From the IMG/VR virus record IMGVR_UViG_3300014572_000006: a stretch of DNA of 53,124 bases. One strand, 5' to 3'. Below the pieces are notes generated by a model. That model made no database searches, had not been told where the DNA came from, and saw only the letters and a list, made by a program, of their open reading frames with translations. The position numbers were made by a program, and so were the translations under genes. Position 1 is the first letter of the stretch, and every line of letters begins with the position of its first letter. This stretch comes from a virus. Shown here in pieces: positions 15,877 to 23,644 of this stretch.

Positions 15877-16334
15877 TTTCCTAAGCCAATCAAGATGATG
15901 TCGTTGATACTCTCTTCCAGCTTCCGCAGGAAGTCCAGGGCCTCCATGAAGTCGGTCCGCTCGGAGGCATCTATCACGCCGTCAAAGGCGATTTCCTCCA
16001 GGCGGTCGGCCACGTCTTGACCGTCCTCGATGAGCCGCCGGACCCTGAGCGTCGCATGGGCAAGGGGGCGGTCGGTGGCCGTTCTCCCGATTGCCCGTCC
16101 TACCGGACAGGTAGCGCAATACCTGGGTAGGATGTCCGGGCTTTGGTAGCACTCCGCATAGACCAGGGCGTCTTCCGGCTCCATCTCCACGTCGCCGCGC
16201 TCATGGCGGCCTATGGTCTCCGGCGAAAACGGAACAACAGCCGAGGCCGTTCCACGGCTGACAAATCCGGCCCTCATCCTTGCCTCCCGCAGATACGCGG
16301 GGGGCTTTTTTGTTGCTGTGATAGCCACTCTCAT
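15828..16334 (-). CDS. XRE-type HTH regulator candidate
   Basis: YLREARMRAGFVSRGTASAVVPFSPETIGRHERGD is HTH-like near the N-terminus. 168 aa. Confidence 0.45.
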   Translation of the reverse strand: MRVAITATKKPPAYLREARMRAGFVSRGTASAVVPFSPETIGRHERGDVEMEPEDALVYAECYQSPDILPRYCATCPVGRAIGRTATDRPLAHATLRVRRLIEDGQDVADRLEEIAFDGVIDASERTDFMEALDFLRKLEESINDIILIGLGKEKAAPGATGSGQARK

Positions 16335-16368
16335 TCACCCGCTTTCTGGTATGATTTTGGTAGATGGT

Positions 16369-17271
16369 TCAGACCTGGGGCGCGATGCACTTCAACCGGC
16401 GGGCAGCTCTCATGGCGTTGTCGGTCAACTGCCGCTGCCATGCGCCCTGCGACGGCGCCCACCGGAAGCCCTCTCCCTTGAGTTCGGTTCGGACGTCCGC
16501 GTTGGGTTTCCCATCGAAGATGATCTGGAGGCGGTTCTCCGCGGTGTTCACCACAACCCGGCCCCCGTCGAACTCCCAGCCCTCCGGGGTGCTCTCGGTC
16601 CGTTTCTTGAGTTCCGCGATCCGGCCACGGATGCGCCGGATATTGGCGTTGTTGTTCTGGAGCGCGTAGGCCGGATAACCGATGCGCCCGCAAAAGTCCG
16701 GCGCTCTGAGCTTGGCGATGTCCTCCGGGGTGTAGCCCAGCTCCGCGAGCTTGGCGTCTCCCTTGGCCGGGTCTTTCATGCGGATGGCGGCGTTGGCCGC
16801 TTTCATCATCTCCTGGTGCTTCTCCAGGGTGGCGAGCTTCGCCTCCAGCTTCTCCACGGCCTGCGGGTCATCGGAGCTGATACCGCCGGTGCCGACGCTG
16901 CGGATTTTATCAAGCAAGCCCTGGATGTGCTTCCACTCTTCGAGCCTGCGCTCTTCGGCCGCATTCTGCTTCTTTTTCTTTTGAACTGGGAAGTTCGCTC
17001 TGCCAGATACCAGCATAGAGGGGCAGCGGGCGGCAATGGCATACTTGTCATTCAAATTTTCTGCCAATTTCCGACAGTAGAGGTCAAGCAGCCGGTCGAT
17101 TTTCTCATGGTACATGGGGTCCACGCGCTTCTTCTGGCGCTCGGCCAGCTCGGTAGCCTCATCCACCTGCCTCCGGTATGAAGCCGTGGCGCTTCCCTCG
17201 CGGTAGGTATAGTGGCTGTTTAAGTCGTTGGCGGTGCGGGCGGCCTCTTCATTGATGGTGTAGTAGCTCAT
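16369..17271 (-). CDS. Hypothetical protein (DUF3560-like?)
   Basis: 300-aa helical protein. The C-terminal GFRWAPSQGAWQRQLTDNA resembles the DUF3560 tail as I remember it. Weak call. Confidence 0.3.
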   Translation of the reverse strand: MSYYTINEEAARTANDLNSHYTYREGSATASYRRQVDEATELAERQKKRVDPMYHEKIDRLLDLYCRKLAENLNDKYAIAARCPSMLVSGRANFPVQKKKKQNAAEERRLEEWKHIQGLLDKIRSVGTGGISSDDPQAVEKLEAKLATLEKHQEMMKAANAAIRMKDPAKGDAKLAELGYTPEDIAKLRAPDFCGRIGYPAYALQNNNANIRRIRGRIAELKKRTESTPEGWEFDGGRVVVNTAENRLQIIFDGKPNADVRTELKGEGFRWAPSQGAWQRQLTDNAMRAARRLKCIAPQV

Positions 17272-17537
17272 TTCTTCGCGGCTCCTTTCTTAGTCTTCAC
17301 AATGCAGATCAGGGCCTCGCTTCGCCACATATCGTAGATGTCCTGGAGCTTGTTGGCGTTGCGGTAGTTCCGCATACTGTCATAGCGCTTCTTAGCCTCT
17401 TGCGGGGTATCGTACTCAAAGACCATGTTCTTTTTCTCGCTGTCCGCGAGGAATGCCTTGAGCGCGGTTGTCTCTTCGCTGTCCTTACGGCTATTCTTCC
17501 GCTGGGGAAGCACTTGCAGATTGTAGGTTATTTTCAC
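17268..17537 (-). CDS. Hypothetical protein
   Basis: 89-aa Lys-rich ORF that overlaps the start of the downstream gene. Confidence 0.5.
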   Translation of the reverse strand: MKITYNLQVLPQRKNSRKDSEETTALKAFLADSEKKNMVFEYDTPQEAKKRYDSMRNYRNANKLQDIYDMWRSEALICIVKTKKGAAKK

Positions 17538-17548
17538 GCTTATTCCTC

Positions 17549-17905
17549 CTATGCCGAGTACACAAGATGGTCCTCGGTGATGATGTCTTCCCAGGTCATG
17601 CCGTCCGTGCCTGGGATGGGGTCATCCAGGCTCACGGTCTTAATGCGCCTGGATTGCTTGCGCTGCTCGTTGCCGATTGCACTCCGCATGGCAGCACAGG
17701 CGATGGTGGTAAACTCATAACGGTAAAGGTCCGGGCGGGCAAACCACCGCTTCACAGCCAGCAGATAGCCGAACACGGCAACATCGAGGTATTCATCCAC
17801 CGGGAGGCCCCGATGTCTGACGTACCACTCCACAAGCCGGTAATGCTGCTCGGCTACGCTCCGTTCCGCCGGAGACAGGGTCGTGAGGGTCTGACGCCTG
17901 CACAT
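17549..17905 (-). CDS. Sigma-70 region-2-like protein that lacks region 4
   Basis: DVAVFGYLLAVKRW...YEFTTIACAAMRSAIGNEQRKQSRR resembles sigma region 2.1-2.4. The ORF ends after the linker, at 118 aa. Confidence 0.45.
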   Translation of the reverse strand: MCRRQTLTTLSPAERSVAEQHYRLVEWYVRHRGLPVDEYLDVAVFGYLLAVKRWFARPDLYRYEFTTIACAAMRSAIGNEQRKQSRRIKTVSLDDPIPGTDGMTWEDIITEDHLVYSA

Positions 17906-17948
17906 AGTACCCCCCCCCGCAGCTTCGCTTCATCGTTTCGGCCCCCTC

Positions 17949-18338
17949 TCAGCAGTAGATCGGGTCCTTGCCACGGGGGACGGTCTCGCCCTGGAAGCAG
18001 CAGCCGCAGAATTGCCAGATACCGTTAGGCCACTCTCCGGCCACACGCTTGAACGTGTAGTAAGTAGGCCGGAGCCGCCCGGTCTCCGGGTCCTCCCGGT
18101 GGGAGTACGGTTCGCCCATCTGAGCGCACCGGGCGCTCATCGAGGCCGGAGGCAGACAGTCCATGGCGTCATCCACAACGGCCTGCTCCACATAGTCGCC
18201 TATCTTGGCCTCGGAGTAGTTGAAGTTCTCCTGGGTGAAGATCGGCTTGCCGTTGTACTTGACCGGGCGGTCCTGGCAGTCGCACCGCTCTCCGGGGTCA
18301 AGCGCCGCTCCGCAGCGGTCACACTTGTAGGTCCACAT
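17949..18338 (-). CDS. Hypothetical protein with an N-terminal zinc ribbon
   Basis: MWTYKCDRCGAALDPGERCDC. A good AAAGGAG RBS is present. Confidence 0.5.
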   Translation of the reverse strand: MWTYKCDRCGAALDPGERCDCQDRPVKYNGKPIFTQENFNYSEAKIGDYVEQAVVDDAMDCLPPASMSARCAQMGEPYSHREDPETGRLRPTYYTFKRVAGEWPNGIWQFCGCCFQGETVPRGKDPIYC

Positions 18339-18565
18339 GATTTTTTCTCCTTTCCTTGACCGGTCCAGGTTCTCAGCTCCCAGCCGGTGAATACCAAGAT
18401 TGCCGCGCTCGCGGGGATTGAAAAAGCCCCGGCGGTCTGGATTTGAAGCTGGATGACATCAATCATCAGTAGAATGAGGCGGGCCGTTACCATGGCCGCA
18501 AGGCAGAGGACGGACAGCCGGTAGTAGGCGCGGGCATAGCTCCGGCGTCTCTTGCTCTTCTCCAT
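18200..18565 (-). CDS. Putative two-TM membrane protein (3' end uncertain)
   Basis: Hydrophobic segments LSVLCLAAMVTARLILLMI and AFSIPASAAILVFTGW. The last 139 nt overlap the next gene in another frame. Confidence 0.35.
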   Translation of the reverse strand: MEKSKRRRSYARAYYRLSVLCLAAMVTARLILLMIDVIQLQIQTAGAFSIPASAAILVFTGWELRTWTGQGKEKKSCGPTSVTAAERRLTPESGATARTARSSTTASRSSPRRTSTTPRPR

Positions 18566-18567
18566 GG

Positions 18568-18795
18568 CTACGCCCCCCGTCTCGCGGACGCGTTCAGCTC
18601 ATCCAGGCCGTAGCGCTCATGGAAATACCGCTTGATGACGCGCCCGTCACAGGTGCATTTGCCCTGGTTCTCCAGCTCGCGGTTGAGGCTCTTGATGACC
18701 TTGTAGCTCTTAGACTTGGAGTAGCCCAAAATCTGCATCACGTCCTCCACGAAGTAGAACATATCGTGGGCGGTCTTGAGGGGCTTCATCGCCAT
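18568..18795 (-). CDS. Excisionase/Tn916-Xis-like HTH DNA-binding protein
   Basis: FYFVEDVMQILGYSKSKSYKVIKSLNRELENQGKCTCDGRVIKRYFHERYG. Confidence 0.5.
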   Translation of the reverse strand: MAMKPLKTAHDMFYFVEDVMQILGYSKSKSYKVIKSLNRELENQGKCTCDGRVIKRYFHERYGLDELNASARRGA

Positions 18796-18798
18796 GGG

Positions 18799-19014
18799 TC
18801 ATGCCTCCTTTTGCTCGTAGTTCGCCATGTACTCCCGGACAATGGGGATGAGCTGGTGGCCTGCACAGCGGCCCGTGGTGGTCTCAATCAGCGTCGTGTA
18901 CTTGACGCCGGACCGCTCGGCCAGCTCTTTCACCGTCATTCCGGTCTGTGCGGTGAAGAGCCGGACCTCAATGCCGAAGTCGGTCTTCGGCTTAACTCGG
19001 TTTGCCGTTCTCAT
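18799..19014 (-). CDS. Small HTH (Cro/XRE-like) regulator
   Basis: GMTVKELAERSGVKYTTLIE helix-turn-helix; 71 aa. Confidence 0.5.
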   Translation of the reverse strand: MRTANRVKPKTDFGIEVRLFTAQTGMTVKELAERSGVKYTTLIETTTGRCAGHQLIPIVREYMANYEQKEA

Positions 19015-19077
19015 GCTTGGTTCCTCCTTGTATCTAATTTATACGGCTTGTTTTTTGGGACGTTCTGGTATATACTG

Positions 19078-19512
19078 TTACCAGGTGTCCCGGCGCGGAA
19101 TGAAGATAAAATCTCCATCTACCGGGTCGCAGGGTTCACCGTCAAAGGCGTTGCCCTGCTTCGTGCAGATGTCCGGTTTTCGGCCAGCTCGCGGGTCCAC
19201 GTCCACCAGGAGGCGGCCCGTTCCGTCATCGTAGACCGGGCGGCTCCAGCTATCCCGGCCACGGTGGAAGATGGGCAACAGTCCGCAAGTGTGGGGGTGG
19301 TAGGCCACACCCACGGCGTTCTCCAGCTTTCCAGCAGGCGTCCCGTAGATGCTTTCCCCGTTCGGGGTCAGCAGGGGTAACATCTCTGACATCGAGGCTC
19401 CATCCCGGACGCTCCAGTAGGTGATCGGAGCGGCGTCGCAAACGACGCTGCGCCCTCCTGACCGGATGCGGATGACTTCGCACCCACAGTTCTTGCACTT
19501 CATCGGCATCAA
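19078..19512 (-). CDS. Hypothetical protein with an N-terminal zinc ribbon
   Basis: MKCKNCGCEVIRIRSGGRSVVCD; 144 aa. Confidence 0.5.
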   Translation of the reverse strand: MMPMKCKNCGCEVIRIRSGGRSVVCDAAPITYWSVRDGASMSEMLPLLTPNGESIYGTPAGKLENAVGVAYHPHTCGLLPIFHRGRDSWSRPVYDDGTGRLLVDVDPRAGRKPDICTKQGNAFDGEPCDPVDGDFIFIPRRDTW

Positions 19513-20210
19513 CCTCCAATCATAAGCTGTCCAGGAACACCATCAGACAGGCGGGATGCGGGGTCAAACCGTCTGCCGTCCTGAAAGCCCAGGGCGCGGT
19601 AGGCGTCGCGCCAGCCGCCGGTCTGCTCAGTGCCAAACTGCGTCTTTTTCCCCATGTCGGCCATGCTGTCATCCACAGCTTGAGGGACTACCATCACAAG
19701 GCCCCATTCCTGGTGTTGCTCTTCCTGCTCCCGAAAAGCCTTGTTCACTCCCCGGGCAAACCCCCAGCCATAGGCGTTGCACTTCTCGCGGTAGGTTCCT
19801 GGAGGGTCCTTGGGGTCCCTGACGAATTGGGCCTTGATACCGGCCATGACACACTCATGGGCGTATATCACAATTCGCTGGGCAATCTCGAAGTCCTCTT
19901 CCAGCCCCACCAGGCCAATCTTGTTCTTCTTGCTACCGGCACTCCGGTAGCGGTAGGCTCGGCAGCAGTAATGCTCCGCAACAACAGCGGAGAGGGACGC
20001 GGCCCAGGGATTGGTCATGGCGGTGCAGGTGATGTCCAGGACCTTGCGGATGACCTTTTCCTTTTTGGCCTTTTTGACATCCTCGGGTCTGAGCTTGTGC
20101 TCGGCCATGAGTTCGCGGGCTTTGAGCAGCGCGGCCTTGGCCTCGTTCTCATTCGGGCTTTCTGCCAGGGCCAGTAGCTTAGCGATTTTGTCCTTGATGT
20201 TGATTGCCAT
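19509..20210 (-). CDS. DUF2786-domain protein
   Basis: KIAKLLALAESPNENEAKAALLKARELM is the DUF2786 signature. Confidence 0.65.
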   Translation of the reverse strand: MAINIKDKIAKLLALAESPNENEAKAALLKARELMAEHKLRPEDVKKAKKEKVIRKVLDITCTAMTNPWAASLSAVVAEHYCCRAYRYRSAGSKKNKIGLVGLEEDFEIAQRIVIYAHECVMAGIKAQFVRDPKDPPGTYREKCNAYGWGFARGVNKAFREQEEQHQEWGLVMVVPQAVDDSMADMGKKTQFGTEQTGGWRDAYRALGFQDGRRFDPASRLSDGVPGQLMIGG

Positions 20211-20212
20211 AG

Positions 20213-20662
20213 TTAGTTACCTCCAATCACGCCCGGGGCCATGAATTTCTCCAGGGTCAAGGGGGTCTGACAGTGCGGGTCCACCCGAGCACCGGTCTTG
20301 AGCACCACCGGCTTGTAGACCAGGCGCTTCACGCTGTCCACCAGGCACACCAGGATTTCCTGGTCCGGCTTGACAACGGGGACGTTGGCGTAGTCGAGCA
20401 TCTTCTCCATGTCGGAGTAGGTGAAGTCGGCGTGCAGGCAGGAGCCGTAGCTCTTGAACACCAAGCAGCCCTCGTCGCGGAAGGCCCGGATGGTCGCCCG
20501 GACGTAGTAGGGTTCGCCGGTGCGGAAGGTCCCGTTGTCGATGAGGACGTGGGTACCGACGATCCCGTAGTCGTCGGTCTCGCTCACGTCGATGCGGATG
20601 GTGGGGTACTGCTTGAAGTTGATCGCCTTGGCGATCTCGGTTCTGGTTTCGAGGAATTTCAT
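20213..20662 (-). CDS. Hypothetical protein
   Basis: I prefer the ATG at 20662, after AAAGGAG (MKFLETRTEIAK...). Confidence 0.5.
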   Translation of the reverse strand: MKFLETRTEIAKAINFKQYPTIRIDVSETDDYGIVGTHVLIDNGTFRTGEPYYVRATIRAFRDEGCLVFKSYGSCLHADFTYSDMEKMLDYANVPVVKPDQEILVCLVDSVKRLVYKPVVLKTGARVDPHCQTPLTLEKFMAPGVIGGN

Positions 20663-20703
20663 GGTTAGCTCCTTTCGCGTTTGGCCGCCGTTGCACCGGC
20701 GGG

Positions 20704-20913
20704 TCATTCCCTGTCGTGGATTTCCTGGAGTTCGTCGATAGTAGCCATATCGACCTCCAAGGCGTCAATCATGGCCTGGAACCCATCGGCAAGTTTCTTT
20801 GCCTCCGGGTAGGCTCCAGCCCCTTGCAAAGCCTTGCTCTGCATTTCGCGATTCTGCTCGATTTCCGCCCGTATGCCCCGACGGGCATAGGACAGGATTT
20901 TCAGATAAGTCAT
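20704..20913 (-). CDS. Hypothetical protein
   Basis: ATG at 20913, after GGGAGG (MTYLKILSYARR...). Confidence 0.45.
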   Translation of the reverse strand: MTYLKILSYARRGIRAEIEQNREMQSKALQGAGAYPEAKKLADGFQAMIDALEVDMATIDELQEIHDRE

Positions 20914-21119
20914 GTAGTTACCTCCCTCAGCCAGTCCAGGCACTCGACCTGGGTTCCAAACTCTTCCGTCCAGGCATGGCCGGTGCTGTTGTCAATCCCG
21001 GTCCAGGTGCCGCCGGCCTCTCCCACCAGGAAGAGGCCCAGCGGCTCATACCGCCCAGTCTCATAGCCGGAGGCCAGCAGTGCGGCGGCCTCGGTTTGGG
21101 TGATTTCTCTGAGTTCCAT
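20910..21119 (-). CDS. Hypothetical protein
   Basis: 69-aa ORF whose stop overlaps the next ATG. Confidence 0.45.
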   Translation of the reverse strand: MELREITQTEAAALLASGYETGRYEPLGLFLVGEAGGTWTGIDNSTGHAWTEEFGTQVECLDWLREVTT

Positions 21120-21124
21120 GTGGC

Positions 21125-21625
21125 TTACCTCGCATGGACGGCCAAAACCATTTCCAGCCCGTCAATCTCAGCCTGCATACGGTCTATGTACTCCACAAAA
21201 CTGTCATCATCGTAGAAGCGCAGCATCTCAGTCTCCCAGGACCCCTCCACGGTTTCGCCCTTTGCGCGGTAGCCGTAGATCACGTGGGCTACCTTGCCGT
21301 CCTGGAGCAGTTTTATTGCTCGCTCTCTGGGGGAAGTAGGCTCATCCTTGTCCATCCACCGGACACCCTTGTAGACCTTGCCGGTAAATCGGGTGATGAT
21401 TTCGTCAATCTCCGCTTCCTGCTCCCGGATGCTCTTGTTGACCGCGCAGCAAATGAAGTTGTTTTCCATTCCGCTGTCCTGCATGGCTTCGCAGGCGGCG
21501 ATGATCTGCTGGTAGCAGTTCCAGGCGATGCGCCGGTCATCGTTGGTGTCCTCAAAGTCCTTGAGGATGGTCTCGTACTTGCGAGCAAGGACCTCGCGCT
21601 GCAATTCATACTTGTTGCGTTCCAT
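21125..21625 (-). CDS. Hypothetical protein
   Basis: 166-aa ORF. The RBS context is AAAGGATAACTAACCTATG. Confidence 0.5.
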   Translation of the reverse strand: MERNKYELQREVLARKYETILKDFEDTNDDRRIAWNCYQQIIAACEAMQDSGMENNFICCAVNKSIREQEAEIDEIITRFTGKVYKGVRWMDKDEPTSPRERAIKLLQDGKVAHVIYGYRAKGETVEGSWETEMLRFYDDDSFVEYIDRMQAEIDGLEMVLAVHAR

Positions 21626-21672
21626 AGGTTAGTTATCCTTTCTGCCCTCGTAACCTCCGGGGCGGGCGGTCA

Positions 21673-21861
21673 TCACTCAGCGATGATGTAATCGCGCTTC
21701 ATGCAGTTGATAGTGGCCCTGGCTCTTCCGGCCACATCTTCTGCCTGTTCCCGCGCCTGATGCTCCAGCTTGGTCTTGCCGATAGGAACCGCACTCAAAA
21801 GCTGGTCGATTTCTTTCAGCAGCTCATCCAGGTCATCCAGGTAGGCTTCTCGGTTAGTCAT
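21673..21861 (-). CDS. Hypothetical protein; first ORF of the early leftward operon
   Basis: ATG at 21861, after GGAAAGGAAAACC (MTNREAYLDDL...). Confidence 0.45.
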   Translation of the reverse strand: MTNREAYLDDLDELLKEIDQLLSAVPIGKTKLEHQAREQAEDVAGRARATINCMKRDYIIAE

Positions 21862-22070
21862 GGTTTTCCTTTCCGCCGGTTGCACCCGGCCTTTTGGCTT
21901 CGGGATGGTCCAGAGGTTGCCGTTCGTACCGCCGTTACCGCCTGCCGGTCATCCCCGGAGCTATGCCCGCTTCCGACCCGGCTTTCACTGCCGCTTCCTG
22001 TTTTATCCTCTGGCCCGTTCCCTGGGCCGTTTGTTTTTGGGTTTTTACCTTATTCCTTTGGCTTGATTAT

Positions 22071-22098
22071 ATTATATCACATTTGGGGTGTAAGTCAA
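22071..22098 (-). promoter_or_regulatory. Consensus early (lytic) promoter: TTGACT, 16-nt spacer, TGaTATAAT
   Basis: On the minus strand the -35 is at 22098..22093 and the extended -10 at 22079..22071. It diverges from the repressor gene. Confidence 0.6.
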
Positions 22099-22174
22099 TA
22101 CTTTGGGAGCTAACGAATGAAAAATATTTACCTTATTTTTTGGGTACTTTGCATACCGCTTGGGAGGTGTTTCG

Positions 22175-22573
22175 ATGACAATTTGCGAGCGGCTTTTCCA
22201 TGAGCTTGACTCCAGAAACCTAACCGCATACGCGCTTTCTAAATTCATCGGCGTCAATACAACAACAACGACAAACTGGAAGCAGCGCGGCACCGACCCG
22301 CCTGCAAAGTATATAGCTCCCATCTGTGAATTCCTCGGCTGCTCTGTGAGCTACTTCCTGACCGGCAGCGACGCGGAGCCAGAAACGAAAAAAGCGCCCG
22401 CCCCCGGAATATCCGAGAACGGACGAGAGATGCTGGAGCTTTACGAGAAGCTGCCGGAACGGGAGCAGCTACTCTTGATAGGCCGCCTCCAGGAGATGAC
22501 CGCGCCCCTGCTGGGCGAAGTCAAAAAGAGCGGCGTTGCAGAGGCCAGGTCCTCTGGCGGGAAGGCCGGGTGA
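22175..22573 (+). CDS. CI-like XRE-family repressor
   Basis: LTAYALSKFIGVNTTTTTNWKQRG helix-turn-helix. ATG at 22175 after GGGAGG. Diverges from the early operon and lies upstream of the integrase. Confidence 0.7.
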   Translation: MTICERLFHELDSRNLTAYALSKFIGVNTTTTTNWKQRGTDPPAKYIAPICEFLGCSVSYFLTGSDAEPETKKAPAPGISENGREMLELYEKLPEREQLLLIGRLQEMTAPLLGEVKKSGVAEARSSGGKAG

Positions 22574-22576
22574 TCT

Positions 22577-23452
22577 ATGTGGACTTTACCGAATAAGCCT
22601 TGCTGCAAAACTCCGTTCTTGAGGTATTACGCAACCGGAAAAACCATTTGCCGTCGGTGCTTGGAGCTTGATGGGTTTTGCTTCAAGTGGGAGGATGCGG
22701 AAGCTATCGAGGCTACGCTTTCCTGCGGGTGTCCTCACGAGTGGATGACTTTTGATGCTGAGAACAACTCCCCAGTTGACGATCACGCCCGCGCCGGGTG
22801 GACCGTCGGGCTTTCTGCCTCCGGGGTTCCTTGCCTTGAGCTATGTCCGCCGGAGCTTTTGGCTCTGGTGGAGAAACAGAGGGCCGCGACTACTGCCTAC
22901 GAAATTGAGGCCGCGAAAATCGAAGCGCTTTTTAACGGCCCTCCCAGGGACGATATTGCCCCCGATGAGGTCGCCTTTTGGCATAATGTGAAGATGTCCG
23001 AGGGTGCGCCGTTCCAGGAAGCGATGCGCCAGAAGAACCGGGCAGATCGGGCCGTGTGGAACTACGTCGAGAATGTCCTCCGCGTCTCCCAGGGCCTACC
23101 GAAAGTGGGTGAGGGATGGGTCAATGAGATGCGCCTTTACCGCGCCGTTGAAGTGCTCTTCCCGGATGATGAGGTCATCCATCATTACCGGGCCGACTGG
23201 CTCGGGCGCCTGGAATTGGATGTGTATGTCGTTCAAGCGAACATCGCTTTCGAGTATCAGGGAATACAGCATTATGAACCGCTGGACCATTGGGGAGGCG
23301 AAGAGGCCCTTGAACGCAACCAAGAACGGGATGCCGAAAAGTCCAGACGGTGTGCTACGCACGGTACGCCTTTGGTCGAGGTTAAATACACAGAAAAGGT
23401 TTCTGTTGACCTTGTGACCGATAAGCTGCGCCGCCTTGGTCTGCTGGAATAG
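22577..23452 (+). CDS. Cys-rich N-terminal domain plus a C-terminal PD-(D/E)xK-type nuclease-like domain; lysogeny-module accessory gene
   Basis: C-terminus: GEGWVNEMRLYRAVEVLFP...LELDVYVVQANIAFEYQGIQHY...RDAEKSRRCATHG (ELD ... E.Q core). N-terminus: CCKT...CRRC...CGCPHEW. Confidence 0.45.
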   Translation: MWTLPNKPCCKTPFLRYYATGKTICRRCLELDGFCFKWEDAEAIEATLSCGCPHEWMTFDAENNSPVDDHARAGWTVGLSASGVPCLELCPPELLALVEKQRAATTAYEIEAAKIEALFNGPPRDDIAPDEVAFWHNVKMSEGAPFQEAMRQKNRADRAVWNYVENVLRVSQGLPKVGEGWVNEMRLYRAVEVLFPDDEVIHHYRADWLGRLELDVYVVQANIAFEYQGIQHYEPLDHWGGEEALERNQERDAEKSRRCATHGTPLVEVKYTEKVSVDLVTDKLRRLGLLE

Positions 23453-23505
23453 CCTGTGGAAAACTCCGTGGAAAAGCTGTTGAAAACTGGACTGCCAGAA
23501 CGGAC

Positions 23506-23602
23506 ACCCAAAAAATGAGGTCCTAATCAGGACCTTATTTTGAAAAATAGGGTCTTAATCAGGACTGAATACCCAAAAAATGAGGTCCTAATCAGGACCC
23601 AT
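23506..23602. repeat. Three tandem ~32-nt repeats, each centred on a 16-bp palindrome GGTCCTAATCAGGACC (the middle copy is degenerate)
   Basis: The 29-nt stretch acccaaaaaatgaggtcctaatcaggacc occurs at 23506..23534 and 23571..23599. The middle copy, ggtcttaatcaggact, is at 23551..23566. Confidence 0.8.
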
Positions 23603-23644
23603 AATAAGACAGTATGTATATAAGACTTAGTAATTATAATATTC

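Noticed and set aside
17949-18565. The 139-nt overlap of ORFs 18200..18565 and 17949..18338 as evidence of a frameshifted pseudogene.
   Set aside because: The sequence alone cannot decide this. The downstream ORF has a good RBS and start. The overlap may be genuine, or the membrane ORF may end earlier through an undetected sequencing error. I left both as separate CDSs with reduced confidence.
19060-19085. The inverted repeat CTGGTA-N8-TACCAG near 19063..19082 as an operator.
   Set aside because: The arms are only 6 bp, there is a single copy, and it overlaps the stop codon of the 19078..19512 gene. The support is too weak.
22030-22150. Several TTTGGG/TTTTGGGT motifs in the cI-early intergenic region as repressor operators.
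   Set aside because: The motifs are short and lack clear dyad symmetry or regular spacing. I cannot tell them apart from chance by eye.
23506-23602. The tandem palindromic repeats as a CRISPR array.
   Set aside because: There are only three units, they are contiguous with no unique spacers, the middle copy is degenerate, and there are no cas genes.
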